Part shown: positions 1-13,400 of the stretch, in pieces | Position numbering within the stretch: position 1 is the first letter of the stretch | Layout of the letters: every line of letters starts with the position of its first letter | From: Eledone cirrhosa | Taxonomy: Eukaryota | Direction of reading: 5' to 3' | Length of the DNA stretch: 64,000 bases | Assembly: GCA_964016885.1 (NCBI GenBank) | Contig: OZ024742.1 | Span: 333,994,001-334,058,000, forward strand | Notes under the pieces: generated by a model | Told to the model about the DNA's origin: nothing | The model's input: the letters and a program-made list of their open reading frames with translations, nothing else | Databases searched by the model: none | Program-made: the position numbers and the translations under genes

Positions 1-696
1 TCTATCAGCATGTATATGACATTTGTTGATTTTATATTGTATTTTCTTTTCAATTTTCTAGGTTTAGTTTGTTTAACATGTTCACCTACTTTGTAGTTTG
101 CTAAAATTTCTGTCAGATCGGACAAGGTTTATTTGGCGATTGATGATCTCTTCCCAAGTATCATTTTTGTGAGAATTCCCTTGTTTTTTCATTTTCACTC
201 CACATAAGAGAGTGAGGACATTATCCGATGCATAATAGAGATGACTTAGATCAGTAATATTTAGTTTATTTGTGATGATAATGTTTGTGAGAGTTATGTT
301 AGTCTTGTGTATTATCCTTTGGTTTTGTTTGGAGTTCTGGATCTTAGGGAGAGTGTCTCGTTCCCCCATGTCAGATTCTTTTGTTTTCATCCATTCGATC
401 ATAATTTCATCCGTTAAGTTGGCAAGTTCATTCTCAGTCATTTCTTTATCATTTACGATCTCATTGTTTTCATTTCGAGTTTCATCTTGAGCATGCACTC
501 CCTCCACTTTTTCGATTCTTTCTTTAATTTGTTCTGCTGTCAGTGATTCCGCCCAAACCCTGGGATTTGAAGTGTTACAATTTACTTCGTTTTCACTGAC
601 ATGTGTTTCATTTTCCCTTCGCTGACTTTGCGTTAATTGCTTGATCTCATCAATTTCTATATCAATTAGTAACTTTTACTAACAATATTTCGTCGA
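1..696 (-). mobile_element. R4/Dong-like non-LTR retrotransposon fragment (N-terminal ORF region, degenerate, runs off window)
   Basis: ORF 82-507 (-) ends in ...WEEIINRQINLVRSD, resembling the pre-RT region of R4/Dong ORFs; bounded by (TTA)n at about 697-713; same orientation as the two neighbouring RLE fragments. Confidence 0.55.
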
Positions 697-713
697 ATTA
701 TATTATTATTATT

Positions 714-1106
714 GTTCTTTGAGTCTCAGTCATTGGTGTTATTTAACTGGAAAGTTTGTTGAAATGAATATCAAGCCGCTACCTGCAGCCTCAGATATTC
801 AGGACGTATCCTTGCTGTTCCCAGCAAGCATGCCTTTTGAAGTGTTCCAAAAGCGGGGCTGGACTAATCTTCTTTAACCATCCTTGGAAACTCTTTGAGA
901 TAGTACCTAGTCCGCCTATGACAATCGGGACGACCTTGATTTCATGGCAGTTCCAAATCCTTTTTAACACCCATTTTAAGTCCTGGTATAGGTTAATTTT
1001 CTCCCTCTCCTTTTCTTGCACTCTCATGTCAAATGGGCAGGCTACATCTACAATCAGGCACGATCTTTTCTCTTTGTCCAAAACCAGGTCAGGGTTATTG
1101 TATTCT
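714..1106 (-). mobile_element. 5'-truncated R4/Dong-like element: restriction-like endonuclease C-terminus plus 3' UTR
   Basis: PDLVL-DKEKRSCLIVDVACPFD...EKINLYQDL...VVPIVIGGLG is the PD-(D/E)xK RLE signature; flanked on both sides by (TAA)n on its sense strand. Confidence 0.85.
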
Positions 1107-1136
1107 AATTATTATTATTATTATTATTATTATTAT

Positions 1137-1918
1137 CATTTTTATTTTCTTTCATTATTGTTTCTGAGATATATGCGGAGTGTCTTCCTGACACCGAGGT
1201 CAAATAAATTCACAGTGTGCATTGGTACACCAGTTAATACAGCACATTATAATGATTATAATTTTAAAAAAATCAGTATACATATATACACATGTGCATA
1301 TGCATATGCATATGCATATGTAAATACAAATCCTACAGAGATTGTGCTCTTCTCAATACGTGTACAGTACCAGTCAAAATAATTCTTTGCACCTCGTGCC
1401 GAGAGGGTAAACCAGGAGTCGTTCGCAAATATTGTTCTGTTCCTTTCTTGATCAATCCCAGTCCCCCCACAATCACTGGTATTGTAACGGCCTTGAAGCG
1501 CCACATTTTCTCAATTTCAATAAACAGATATTTATATTTTCGTAGCTTGTCAAATTCTTTTGCAACGATATTGTGATCACATGAGATGCTCATATCTATC
1601 AATAAACATACCTTGTTATGTTGATATTTTACAAAGATGTCAGGTCTATTTGCTTTTATGTCAGTATGTACAGGAAAGTCCCAGAGAATTGTTACTTTTT
1701 CTCCTTCAGTTACAGCCTCAGGGTGATGATTGTACCACATTTCTTCAGCTTTGATTTTGTAGTGCCGACATATTACCCAGTGTAGATATTGCCAACTCTG
1801 TCATGTCTATATTTGTATTCTACTGGTGTTAAAACTTCACATCCAGAGACTAAGTGATCCACTGTTTCAAACTCAGCACCGCAGAATCGGCACTTTGGGT
1901 TTATTCCGTTTTTCACCA
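1137..1918 (-). mobile_element. 5'-truncated R4/Dong-like element: CCHC knuckle plus RLE, frameshifted
   Basis: Minus-strand translation KCRFCGAEFETVDHLVSGC...YKYRHDRV (about 1795-1900), then ORF 1333-1740 with ILWDF..RPDI..IDMS..K..KY..IPVIVGGLG. Confidence 0.88.
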
Positions 1919-1995
1919 CTTTATTATTATTATTTTTATTTCCCCCTATCACATTTCCCGACTGGTCGAGGGCAGTCGGCGCCTGATGACATTCC

Positions 1996-3000
1996 GCTTG
2001 GAGACTGGAATGTCTTCAAGCGCTCACTGCCCTCGACCAGTCGGGCAATGTGATCGGTGGAAACTCTACCTTGCCGTTCTATAGAGGATTAGTGGAGGGG
2101 AAGAGCGACGACGTACTTGGGGAAACTCTAGGCGTCAACGAAAATCAACTAGCCAATCTCTTCGGAAGAACTTTCGGGCCGGGGCCTATGGACAACTTCC
2201 AGAAATCCCTGGCCTTGCAGTGCTACCGAGGAGCTTTGCCAGTTCGGGATAAACTCTACAGGCATGGAGATGCCGTCAGCCGAGCATGTCCGAGATGCGT
2301 GCAGGGCGACGAAACGGTCCTGCACGCACTCGTCCAGTGTCCGAACATTGCTAACTTTGGGGTTTATGTCGAACACCTACTGTCGCGTGTAGGACGGATC
2401 CAGCTATCAGCTGAGTCCATCGTGGGGATTGCCCCGCCATCTTCCTTTAGCCGGGAAGGGCAGGCAATTTTTATCTGTCTGGTGGCCATGGCGAAAGAAA
2501 TAGTATGGTGGACGCGTTTGAAAGGGCTGAAGACGAGCACTTACCTCTTCGGTGATGCCCTGATTAACTTTTTCAAATTTCATTTAAAAAGGAAAATCAG
2601 GGTAGAGAAGTTCCTTCTCTACCCTGATTTTCCCAGCTCTCTTCCCAGCATTTTGTTGAAAGATGTGTGAGAGAGGCAAGAATGGCTCGTGTGAATGGGC
2701 CTACTCTGAGTATGTGCCTGTAACTTGAAGGTGGAAAACTGGGAGAGGAAACTTGCCTTGGTGGTCAGGGTCACCGTGGCTTTTTAATGGGCTTTGTCAA
2801 CGAATGTCCCACGGATGTCTCCCCCCTATTGGGGAATTTTTCGTTGTTTTTTTGTTTGTTACATCCTCTGTTTTTTGTTTTGTTTACACGCAGAAATTGC
2901 CTTTTGTATTCTCCTGTATTGTCCTGTACTGTCCTTAATGTCTACTTTATGTAAACCCTTGTGGTTAATAAAGAAAGCATTATTATTATTATTATTATTA
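1996..3000 (+). mobile_element. 5'-truncated Tx1 (L1-clade) copy, same subfamily as the intact element
   Basis: Aligns closely by eye to 13159-14140; zinc finger CPRC...HALVQC; AATAAA 2967-2972 followed by (TTA)n tail. Confidence 0.92.
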
Positions 3001-6000
3001 TGGACGCACATGTGTGAAGACAGTACAAATCTGCGGGGGAAAAGGTTCGTAACTTTAAGCTGTTTTAAAGTTTAATGTTTTGTATTTTCCTTTCGTTAAC
3101 GAAACTTAAGGTACACTTCTTGATTTAAAGAGAGGGATACCTCTCAATATTCGGGCTTTAAGCCCAAATATTCAGATTTATTTAAAAAAAACTTCGAAGA
3201 ACATCGCTTCCCCACCCCCCAAAAAACAACGTTCAGGTTAAAAGTTTAAAGGCAGCCACTGTAGATTTCACCACGACTACGACGGCTACAGTCATGCCTA
3301 TCGTCCACTCTACTGAATGTGAAGGTAAAACTCAAAAGCTACCATCACAACCTTCTGTGATAGCAGCAGTATCATCTGAAAACGACATCACCACCACCGC
3401 CACCACCACTACCACAACAACAACAACTCAGAGCAATAACGACAATAACACCGACAGCTTCAATGTAAACACGGATGGCGGTGGAAACAGCATCAACAAA
3501 CAAAACAACAACGACAACACCAATAACAACAACAAGAATGACAACACCAAAAACAAGAGCATCAGAAGCACCAGATTTGCTGCAGCAGCAGCAAACACAA
3601 AGCGCTAATTGAATATTGATATTGATATTAGCGATAAAGACGAACATTTGTCCAAGCGTGGAGACTAATTAAACGGGAAATGTCCTGGGCAAACCTGACC
3701 ATCCCGGACGAGGCAATAGCGGCCATGCAAAGGAGGACGGTGTACTTTCGATGCATTTCGGTGCAGACACGAAAAGTGGAACTTGCCAGCCAAGCAGAGG
3801 TCGAGGCTGCTTTGGAGTACATCGGAACTAACATAGAGTATAAAGCAAGAGGCAAACAGTTTGGTACCATCTCGGTACTGTTCAAAACCGAGGCCCTCGC
3901 TATTAAGCACTCGGTGACCCCCTGCAGAACGGAACGCATTATCATGCATCCGTCCTACATGGGTAAAATGACAGTAAAGGTCCGCATTCCCAGCATCCCA
4001 CCAGGAATGAACATATGGTGGCTGCTGGGATGCGTAATCGAGGAGGGGACAGACACTACCCTCCTGGATATCAAAAGGACAGAGAGAGAGGACTGGTCCG
4101 GAATGGATTAGGAGATTATTCTCCAAATGAAACCGGAGGGCATGAACAACATCCCGGATTTTACCCGCCTGCAGGACGGGACAACAATCCAACTAATCAT
4201 TGACGGAAGAAGGCCCGCTGTTTGTCTGCGGGGAAGCAACGCATCTGCAAGCCTTCTGCCCTCAGCGGAAAAATGCAGGAGGTCGCAAACCTCCTTTGTT
4301 GCCAACGCCAGTGTCAGCACGGAAAGCTGCACCTCCACCACCACCAAAAACATCACAGACAAAGACACGGACACCAACATCAGAAACAGCCGGTACACCA
4401 CCAACACAAAAACCAATCGAAGGGGAAAACGAGGAAAGCTCACCCCCCCCCCCAATTATACACATAGACAAAACAATAAACGCACACACAGAGACAGATA
4501 CACTCACAGCCACAGACCCGTTGTCTTCCAGTAGCGAAGTTGAAGGTAATCCCAAAATTTCAAAAAAGAACAGAGAAACCTCACCAAAAAAAAAAGCCCC
4601 AACAAAACACAAAATCATACACAATAAAAAATACAGACACCACTAACGCAAACTCCTCCCCAATAACATCACCACCAACAGCAACATAGACACCACCCCC
4701 ACAATCCCTGAAACGCAAACATCCTAAACAAACACAAATACAAATAAACACACAAATACCTGAAATTGCAGACACCACACCTACAACAAACACAGAAATA
4801 CCCGAAACAGCACCACAAAACCATCACCACCACATTCACCAAAACGAAAACAAATAAAACCACACCAACAAAATGTTAAAAAGTTCGTGCTTGTCAGAAG
4901 AGCCAACGATAAACTGATGGCCCACGAAGCGAGGACATTCAAACAGAGGGGGAGATTTTTGAAAGGAGCACATTTTGCGTGCCAGAAGATTTGCTTCTGG
5001 TCCGAATGTCACTCAATTCCTTCCAAGAAATTCGAGAGAGCTTTTCTCAAGACGTGGGAACCCCGAATGTGAAACCACATCGAGACTTTTAAAGGGGTTC
5101 CCAAAAGAAACCCCACCAACCATGGAGGTCGAACCACCCGACTTTCACAAGACCCCGGGAGGTATGTAAACCTTTCCCCTCTCTCCTAGCTTACTAACAT
5201 GGCCATATTAAGAGTAGGAAGTTTAAATGTTCGCGGCCTGGTGTCACCCTGGAAGCGGGGTCGCCTGCTCAACGACCTCAGGTCACTGGAAATGGATGTG
5301 ATTGCCGTCAGCGAGACCAGCATTTCCGACACGCGCGCACTAACCCTCATTTTCGACGACTATCAGATCTTCGCATCTGTTAGCAGGCCGGGAATGGGGG
5401 GTGGGGTGGCAGTGCTGTTTAGGAAAAGACTGGATCTCGAGGTAAGGTCCATCTTCCGGGATCCGGACGGTAAATTGGTGGTCTTGGATGTGAGTAGTAG
5501 CGAAGGTGGTGCCTTTAGACTGCTGGCCGTCTACGCCCCTACAGGGGCCGGACGACGGGAGTTCTTTAGGCGCCTGGAGACCTTTCTGGGTACTATCGCC
5601 CTTTACTGTTAGCGGGGGACTGGAATGGCATCTTAGACGCACGCTGGGATTGTGTGGGAGTAGCCGATAGGAGCGGGAGGGGGGGTTCAAAAGCCTCAAG
5701 CACCTACTCAGCCAGTTCCAACTGTCTGACAGGTATCGACTAGATTTCCCCAATGTGCCAGTATGGACATGGACGAACCGAATGGGGTCATCTAGATCGT
5801 ATATAGACAGGATCTTCATTAGTAAAATAGATAGAACTAGTGTGGGCTGCCCACTTTTTAAAATGGTCGCCTATTCAGATCACAAATTTGTGATCTGTAC
5901 GGTCGACCTAGATAAAACGCGTAGGTTAGGACCGGGTTACTGGAAGCTGAACATGTCATTTCCGACACGTAAGGCTTACAGGGACCGAGTCAACAATTTA

Positions 6001-8066
6001 TTAAGAAAAAGTTGACAGGGGGGAATCATCAACAACAGATGGTGGGGGCTCTCAAAATAGAGATTAGAGTAACTTCGATAGAGTTCAGCAAAGAACTAGC
6101 GTTAGAGAAAAATAGAAAGGAGGGGGAGCTGGTAGATCATTTAGACAAGGCTATTTGTAGTGGCATTGCAACTGACGGGCTAGCGGCAAGAATGGCATTA
6201 GACCATTTCTTCAATGCGAAACAAGAAGGTTGCATTGTCAGAGCTAAGGCGCGTGCGCTGAGAAACGAGGGAACCAAAGATGTTCGATGCGCCCGTGTGG
6301 CGTAGTAGAAGCGTGGAAATAAAACCTCAATTCGGTCTTTGGTGAACCGAGACGGACACGAGATAAACGATTCCAAGCGGATTTGTGAGGCCTTTCGCCA
6401 GCACTTTGCTCGGTTGTTCAGGGAGAGTGGCGAGTCAGAGAGAGTAGCGGAATTCAGTCCCTACCTTGACGGCTTGCCGCGAATCTCGACGCTCAACGAT
6501 GAGCACTGCGAAAGGCCGATTACTTCAGCCGAAATTCAGGACGCCCTTGTCGGCTGCCTGAGGCGCAAGTCACCCGGTTTGGATGGCCTGCCCAACGAGC
6601 TTTAAGTAAATATGCCAGACTTGTTCTCCAATCTCCTCGAAACATTCTACTACAACTGGCAGCAGTATGGGAGTATTCATGGGAGTATTCCAGGTGGAAA
6701 GGAATTGGGACGAGGTAACGAGTAGAGTAGCCTGTCTCACCCCAAAATGGGCTGGGATGAAGCTATCACTGAAAGGTCGCGCGGAGGTGGCGAATGCGTA
6801 CATCACGTCCGTCATCTACTACCGCCTGACCGTCGTGCCTTGCCCCGTCCGCGCCTCGTCAAGTTGGAACGGCATCTCTTCAAATTCTTGTGGAGTGGAC
6901 AAGTTCCGTTGGTGAGGCGGTCCATCTGCTGCCAGCACCCTCCACGCTAAGGGCTGGGCATGCCGTGGCTAATGATGCACAGACATGCGTTGAGGCTGCG
7001 ACATCTCCAGATATTCTGCCTCAACGGTGAATAGGTGTGGTCGCCGTTTATCAGACGGGCCTTTCCGCAGCTCATTTCTTTGACTGAGCTGCAGTCCTGG
7101 GTCAAGAAGAAACCGACTGGCACCTGGAATGTTGCCAGGCACTCACTGACCTCTACCAAGCGGGCTATGCGATCAGTGGAACTTCCACTCTCGAGTTCTA
7201 TAGAGGATTAGTGGTGGGCAAGTGCGACGACGCACTCGGAGAGGATCTGGGAGTCAACGAAGTCGAACTAACCAGTCTGTACTGGAGGACTTTCGAGCCG
7301 GGGACGGTGGATCATTTCCCAAAATCCCTCGCTTGGCAGTGCTACCGGGGGGCACTGCAGGTTCGAGATAAACTTTACAGGAACGGAAGTACTGTCAGAC
7401 GGACCTGCCCGAGATGCGTGAAGAGCGACGAAACCGTTCTACACGCAGTGTCCGTGCATTACTGACTTGTGGTGTTATGTTGAACAGCTGTTATCGCGTG
7501 TAGAACGGATCCGACTATCGGCCGAGTCCATAGTGAAGATCGACCCGCCGCCTTCTTTTGGCCAGGAAGGGCAGGCAATTCTCCTCTGTCTGGTGGCAGT
7601 AGCGAAAGAGGTTGTATGGTAGACGAGGTTGAAAGGACTGAAGACAGATACTTTTCTCTTCAGCCAATCCCGCATCAACTTTTTCAAGTTTCACTTGGAA
7701 AGGAAGGTGAGGGTGGAGAGAGAAGTGCTGCCCCCAGTACATTTGCTGAAAGGAGGGTGAATGTGGCGAGAATGGCCCGTGTGAGTGGGCCTACTCTGGT
7801 CATGCGGCTGTAGGTAGGTAAATTTGAGGAGGAGAGGGGTGCCCTTCCAGGGTTCTCTCGAAGAGTCGGGTCGTTCAGGATTGGTGGGGTACCTGAACGA
7901 AACTTGCGTGGCCATCCCCCCTATTGGGGAATTTTTTTCTTGTTATGTTATTGTTACTTTGTTATTGTGATTCATATTGTTTACTCGATTTTTCTGTAAA
8001 ACCCCACTGTCCCAGTCTTTTGTATTGTCCGGTATATGTCGGCCCCTGTGGCCAATAAATGAAATC

Positions 8067-8098
<32 letters not shown>
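3001..8098 (+). mobile_element. Degenerate near-full-length Tx1 element (second subfamily), with RT core deleted
   Basis: Frameshifted ORF1 pieces (3680-4646, including CFVCGEATHLQAFC); APE start MAILRVGSLNVRGL at 5199; ORF2 jumps from QQYGSI to NWDEV at about 6680-6700; ends AATAAA plus (TTA)n. Confidence 0.9.
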
Positions 8099-8099
<1 letters not shown>

Positions 8100-8314
8100 G
8101 AATGCCATGGTTGACGGAGGCTCGGCTCTGTAAGGTATAGTAATTTTTAACCGTTAAAACAATTGTAAATTGTTTAAAACTTGAACCAAATTGTTGATAA
8201 AGACACCCTCCTCCTCGTGAGAGGGGTCTTTCTGTCCGTTATTTGGCCCTTCGGGGTTAAATAACCAGTTATTGGGGTTTTGTACCCAAAATTTCATTTT
8301 AAACAAAAAACAAC

Positions 8315-10411
8315 ATGGCTACGAAAAAGAAATTTCATACGTCACTCCCACTCATTCCGTCTTCTTCTTCCTCAATCATCACTACAGCAGAGAGAAGATT
8401 GTCTCTCTCCCTCCCTTCTTTAAATGTGTCTCTCTCCCTCCCTTCTCTTTCGCAAGTGACGAAAGAAAAGAAAAGTCTCGTGCAAAGCGTGCAAGGTTTC
8501 TCCACGACGACGACGACAGCGACGAAACAGGTGTGCGGGAAATACGAAAACCCAGTTCATTCGTCTGACGTCAGGAATAATAGCAGTAGCAGCCGTAATA
8601 ACAACTGCAACAGTGACAATGAAAACAACAGTAGCAGCCGCAACAGCATCACCATCAGCATAAACAACAACAGCATTAGCAGCAGCAACACCAACAACAA
8701 CCACAGCAACAGCGGCGGAGGCAGTAGTCGTAGTACCTACAGCAACAACAAAAGTACCAGCAGCTCTGACGACAACAACAACAGCAGAGAAAAACCAATC
8801 TCATTTGCAGGTATTGCGAAAAACTTGGAAACAATCCTCATAACAAATGAGGAATTAGAGGAAGCGAAGAAGATGGTGACAAAGAACGGACACCGAGCAA
8901 TCTGCAAGGCAGCGGAAAAATTTTTCAAAACCCAAGAGCACTGTACGGTCACGTACCGTACAGTAAGTACAAAATCCCGTAGGGTGGAAAGAGCCACAGA
9001 GGCCCAAATACAAAAAGCCTTGGGGTCTGTGTGGCAGCGGAAAACGCACATCACCCGAGGCAAAAAATATGCCACCGTAGACGTACTTTTTGCCACACCC
9101 CAGGAGGCAAAGGCCCAATCAGTAGTGACCCTAAGGAGCGAGGAAATGGTGTTGGTGCCCTCCTACTGCGGGCAAAAAATTGTGAGGGTCAAACTGACCC
9201 ACGTCCCCCCCGGAATGACCCCTTCTTGGCTGGCCGCGTCTGTCCTAATCGGAATCGAGGACAAAACAACTGTACTGCAAGTACAGAAAAAAGTAAGAGA
9301 AGATTGGGTCGGCTCCTCCATTGAGATGCTAATCCAAACCAACCAGGAGTGCATCGAAGCTATCCCGGATGTGATAGACTTCGATAACGGCACTCAACTG
9401 CCCATAAGTGTTGAGGGCAAACGCCCGAAATGCTTTCGCTGTGGATCGAAGACTCACCTCAGGGCCTTCTGCAACGAGAAGACCCTGAGAAAGGAGAAAA
9501 CCCCCCTCCTTCCGAATCCGGCTCCACGGCTACCAGCAACAGGACAAGCGGCAACCAGGAACGATAGGTCCGTGGCACCCATACCCACGCCACGGAAATC
9601 AAAAACAGCAGCAGCAGTGGAAATATTAACAACAACAACAGCAATACCAAATGCAGCTGCAACAGAGACTCCAGTGCAAACATCACCAACAACAACAAGT
9701 GAAAGAGTGGAGCTGGTACCCCTCCCCGACCTCACAGAATCAGACATGGAGTGTGAGGTGGGAGAGGGATGGCAAAAGGTCGCAAGAAGGCACAAACGCA
9801 GAAGCAGCGCATCGTCGCCTTTGAAAAGGGATGAAAGAAATGAGAAAAGGGTAAAGTCTACTGCAAAGAGACCCACAGCAGCAACAACACCAACACCATC
9901 ACCACCCACACTAGCACCACCATCACCACCGGCGACAACCCCACCGCCAACAACACCTTCAACTCCACCACCACAAGCACCAACATCGCAAACACAACAA
10001 CAAAACACACACACCCAGCAACAACGACAAGAAAATAGCAGAACCACACCCCACCCCCAGAAAAACAAATGCACGGCAATAAATACACACAACAAGAAAC
10101 TAATGACTTACATAATTGAACACACAGACATTTCACAACAGGACTACATAATACCAGCACCAATCAAAACGCCAACTAACATAAGACTGCTAAAAATAGC
10201 ACAGAAACAATACACAAACATTAAAACGAAATTCCCCAACGCAGTTGGTGATTTCAGGGACCTAGGAGGAACCATCAATCGAAGAGTATACTCAGACATT
10301 CTCTTAGAAGAGCCGACGACCAGCCGAAGGGACGATTCAACGGTCCCTTCACCAGACGATCAAGTGAAAAGGGATGTAAAAACCATCCCTCCTCTACCAA
10401 AAGTACGGTAA
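8315..10411 (+). CDS. Tx1 ORF1 (gag-like nucleic-acid-binding protein), 698 aa
   Basis: S/N-rich N-terminus, SFAGI motif, RRM-like middle, CCHC knuckle CFRCGSKTHLRAFC, P/T-rich C-terminus. Confidence 0.9.
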   Translation: MATKKKFHTSLPLIPSSSSSIITTAERRLSLSLPSLNVSLSLPSLSQVTKEKKSLVQSVQGFSTTTTTATKQVCGKYENPVHSSDVRNNSSSSRNNNCNSDNENNSSSRNSITISINNNSISSSNTNNNHSNSGGGSSRSTYSNNKSTSSSDDNNNSREKPISFAGIAKNLETILITNEELEEAKKMVTKNGHRAICKAAEKFFKTQEHCTVTYRTVSTKSRRVERATEAQIQKALGSVWQRKTHITRGKKYATVDVLFATPQEAKAQSVVTLRSEEMVLVPSYCGQKIVRVKLTHVPPGMTPSWLAASVLIGIEDKTTVLQVQKKVREDWVGSSIEMLIQTNQECIEAIPDVIDFDNGTQLPISVEGKRPKCFRCGSKTHLRAFCNEKTLRKEKTPLLPNPAPRLPATGQAATRNDRSVAPIPTPRKSKTAAAVEILTTTTAIPNAAATETPVQTSPTTTSERVELVPLPDLTESDMECEVGEGWQKVARRHKRRSSASSPLKRDERNEKRVKSTAKRPTAATTPTPSPPTLAPPSPPATTPPPTTPSTPPPQAPTSQTQQQNTHTQQQRQENSRTTPHPQKNKCTAINTHNKKLMTYIIEHTDISQQDYIIPAPIKTPTNIRLLKIAQKQYTNIKTKFPNAVGDFRDLGGTINRRVYSDILLEEPTTSRRDDSTVPSPDDQVKRDVKTIPPLPKVR

Positions 10412-10446
10412 GTGGTCTTTCCCATCTTTTCCACTCTATTTTAAAC

Positions 10447-13400
10447 ATGACCTCACTCAGAATAGGCAGCATAAATGCGCGTGGCTTGGGGTCGTCATGG
10501 AAGCAGGGTCACCTGCTCAACGACCTCAGGTCACTAAACATAGATGTAGTGGCCATCAGCGAGACCAGAATCTCCGAAGCACGGGCCTTCGTACCGATCT
10601 TCGGCGGCTACGATGTGTACGCATCTCCCAGCCGTCCTGGATCGGGTGGAGGAGTTGCTGTGCTTTTTCGGAGAGGTTTGGATCTCGCCATACGGGCCAT
10701 CTTCCTGGACCCAGAGGGTAAGCTGGTGGTGCTGGACGTGACCAGCGGAGACGGGCAAGCTTTCAGGCTAGTGGCCGTCTATGCCCCGACAGGAGCAGGG
10801 CGGCCTGATTTCTTCCGGCGTCTGGAGACCTTTCTTGGAACGTCCCGCTCTTTAGTGTTAGTGGGCGACTGGAACGGGATCTTAGATGCACGCTGGGACT
10901 GTGTGGGATTAGCGGATAGGGGTGGAGGGTGCAAGAGCCTCACCAACCTGCTCAGGCGTTTTGAACTGTCTGACAGGTACCGATTGGATTTCCCGAATGT
11001 GCCAATGTGGACTTGGACAAACCGCATAGGGTCATCCAGATCATATCTAGATAGAGTATTTTGTAGGGAAATAGATAGGTCTAGCATAGGCTGTCCACAA
11101 TTCAAGATAGTCAGCTACACGGACCACAAATTCGTGATCTGTGTGCTTGACTTAGATAGGCTTCATAGACGAGGACCCGGCTACTGGAAGCTAAACGCGT
11201 CCTTACCAGCGCGCAAGGCCTACAGAGACCGGATTAGCGAACTAGTTAAGCGGGCGTTGACGGGGGCCATCGTCAACAACAAGTGGTGGTTTGCTCTGAA
11301 AAGAGCGATTAGAATAGAATCGATTAGGTTTAGTAAGGCTTTAGCAATAGAGAAAAATAGAGCAGAGGGAGAACTAGTTAGAAAATTAGACGAGGCGCTT
11401 AGCAAAGGCATTGCGACCGACGTGCTTGCGGCGAAATTGGCCCTTGACCAATTCTTCAATGCAAAGCACGAAGGCTGCGTTGTCAGAGCTAGGGTGCGTG
11501 CTCTCAGACACGAGGGGACGAAAGCCGTTCAATGGGCCCGAGTGGCGGAGGCGCGTCGTGGCAACAAAGCGACGATCCGGTCTTTGGTGGACCACGACGG
11601 GCGCATGCTACTCGATCCCGGGCAAATGTGTGAAGCTTTTCAGCGACACTTCGCTCAGCTGTTCGGGGGCAGCGGTGGGCCGGGTAGAGGGATGGACTTT
11701 AGTGTCTACCTCGACGGACTGCCGCGGCTCTCGGCCACTGAGGCGAAGTGTTGCGAAAAGCCGATAACAGCCGCTGAAGTAAGGGAGGCAATGACTGGCT
11801 GCACAAGGGGTAAATCGCCTGGTTTGGATGGTCTGCCCTATGAACTTTACGTACAGATGCCAGACTTGTTCGGAGGCCTCTTGGCGGACGTCTACTGCAA
11901 CTGGCAACAGAACGGGAGAATTCCCAGTTCTGTGAGCCGAGGAGCGGTGGCACTGCTGAGAAAGGATCCGAACAAGGGGGATAACATAGACAATTTCCGG
12001 CCCATAACTCTGCTAAACACAGAGTTTAAGATTTTGGCCAAGGTGCTAGCAAAGAGGTTGGCGCTTGTCGTTGGTGGTCTGGTGGGAGAGGCGCAGACAT
12101 GCGCCATTCCCGACAGATCCATCCACGACAACCTCCACCTCATGCGATACATCGTAGAGAGGGTAGCTAGGGAACCTGGCACGGGTGGGTCCTTGATCAA
12201 TTTAGATCAGTCGAAAGCTTTCGATAGGGTCGACCATCGTTACCTAGCGGCAGTCCTGAGGGCGGCTGGCTTTGGGCCCGTCTTCAGAGGCTGGATCGCT
12301 GCCATGCACAGCGACATCTGCTCTGTGGTGAGAGTGAACGGTCACCTGTCGGAACCGTTCAACATCATGCGCTCGGTCCGCCAAGGATGTCCCCTCTCGT
12401 CCCTCTTGTACGTATTGACTCTCGAGCCATTACTGCACAAACTGGAGACGTTGAGGGGAGTCCCGCGCGAACTAGGATGCGGAAGATCCGTGTCAGCATA
12501 TGCGGACGATGTCACCGTAGTGGTGTCGAACGCCAAACACATCGAGGCGATCGGCACTACACTAAGAGAATACGAAGCGGTGACAGGAGCAATGATCAAC
12601 CAGGAAAAGTCAGTGGGCCTGCAGCTCGGCACCTGGAGAGGCAGGTCCATGCCGTCCAACAGCGTCGTCGGGCGCTGGACGGACGGACCGGTTAAATTGC
12701 TAGGGGTCTGGTTCGGTCCGGACCTCCAGACGGACAAAAACTGGGACGAGGTGACGAGCAGGGTGGCTTCTCTCACCCAGAAATGGGCGGAGAGGAAGCT
12801 ATCCCTGAAAGGTCGAGCGGAGGTGGCTAACGCGTACATCGCGTCTGTCATCTGCTACCGCCTAACCGTCGTACCTTGTCCTAAGCCTCGCCTGACTGCG
12901 CTGGAGCGTTTGCTCTTTCGCTTTTTGTGGAAGGGACGTGCTCCGATGGTCAGGCGGTCCATCTGTTGTCAACACCCGCTACGTGGAGGGCTGGGCATGC
13001 CGTGGCTGATGATGCGCAGGCACGCGCTCAGGCTACGACATCTCCACCTCTTCCTCGACGGTGATCAGGTGTGGTCGCCGTTTGCTAGACGCGTTTTTCC
13101 CCAGCTCGTTTCCTTGACGGAGCTGCAGTCCTGGGTCAAGCGAAGACCGAGAGGGAGCGCCTGGAGACTGGAATGTCTTCAGGCGCTCACAGCCCTCGAC
13201 CAATCGGGCAATGTGATCGGTGGAAACTCCACCTCGGCGTTCTATAGAGGATTAGTGGAGGGGAAGAGCGACGACGTACTTGGGGAAACTCTAGGCGTCG
13301 ACGAAAATCAACTAGCCAATCTCTTCGGAAGAACTTTCGGGCCGGGGCCTATGGACAACTTCCAGAAATCTCTGGCCTGGCAGTGCTACCGAGGAGCCTT

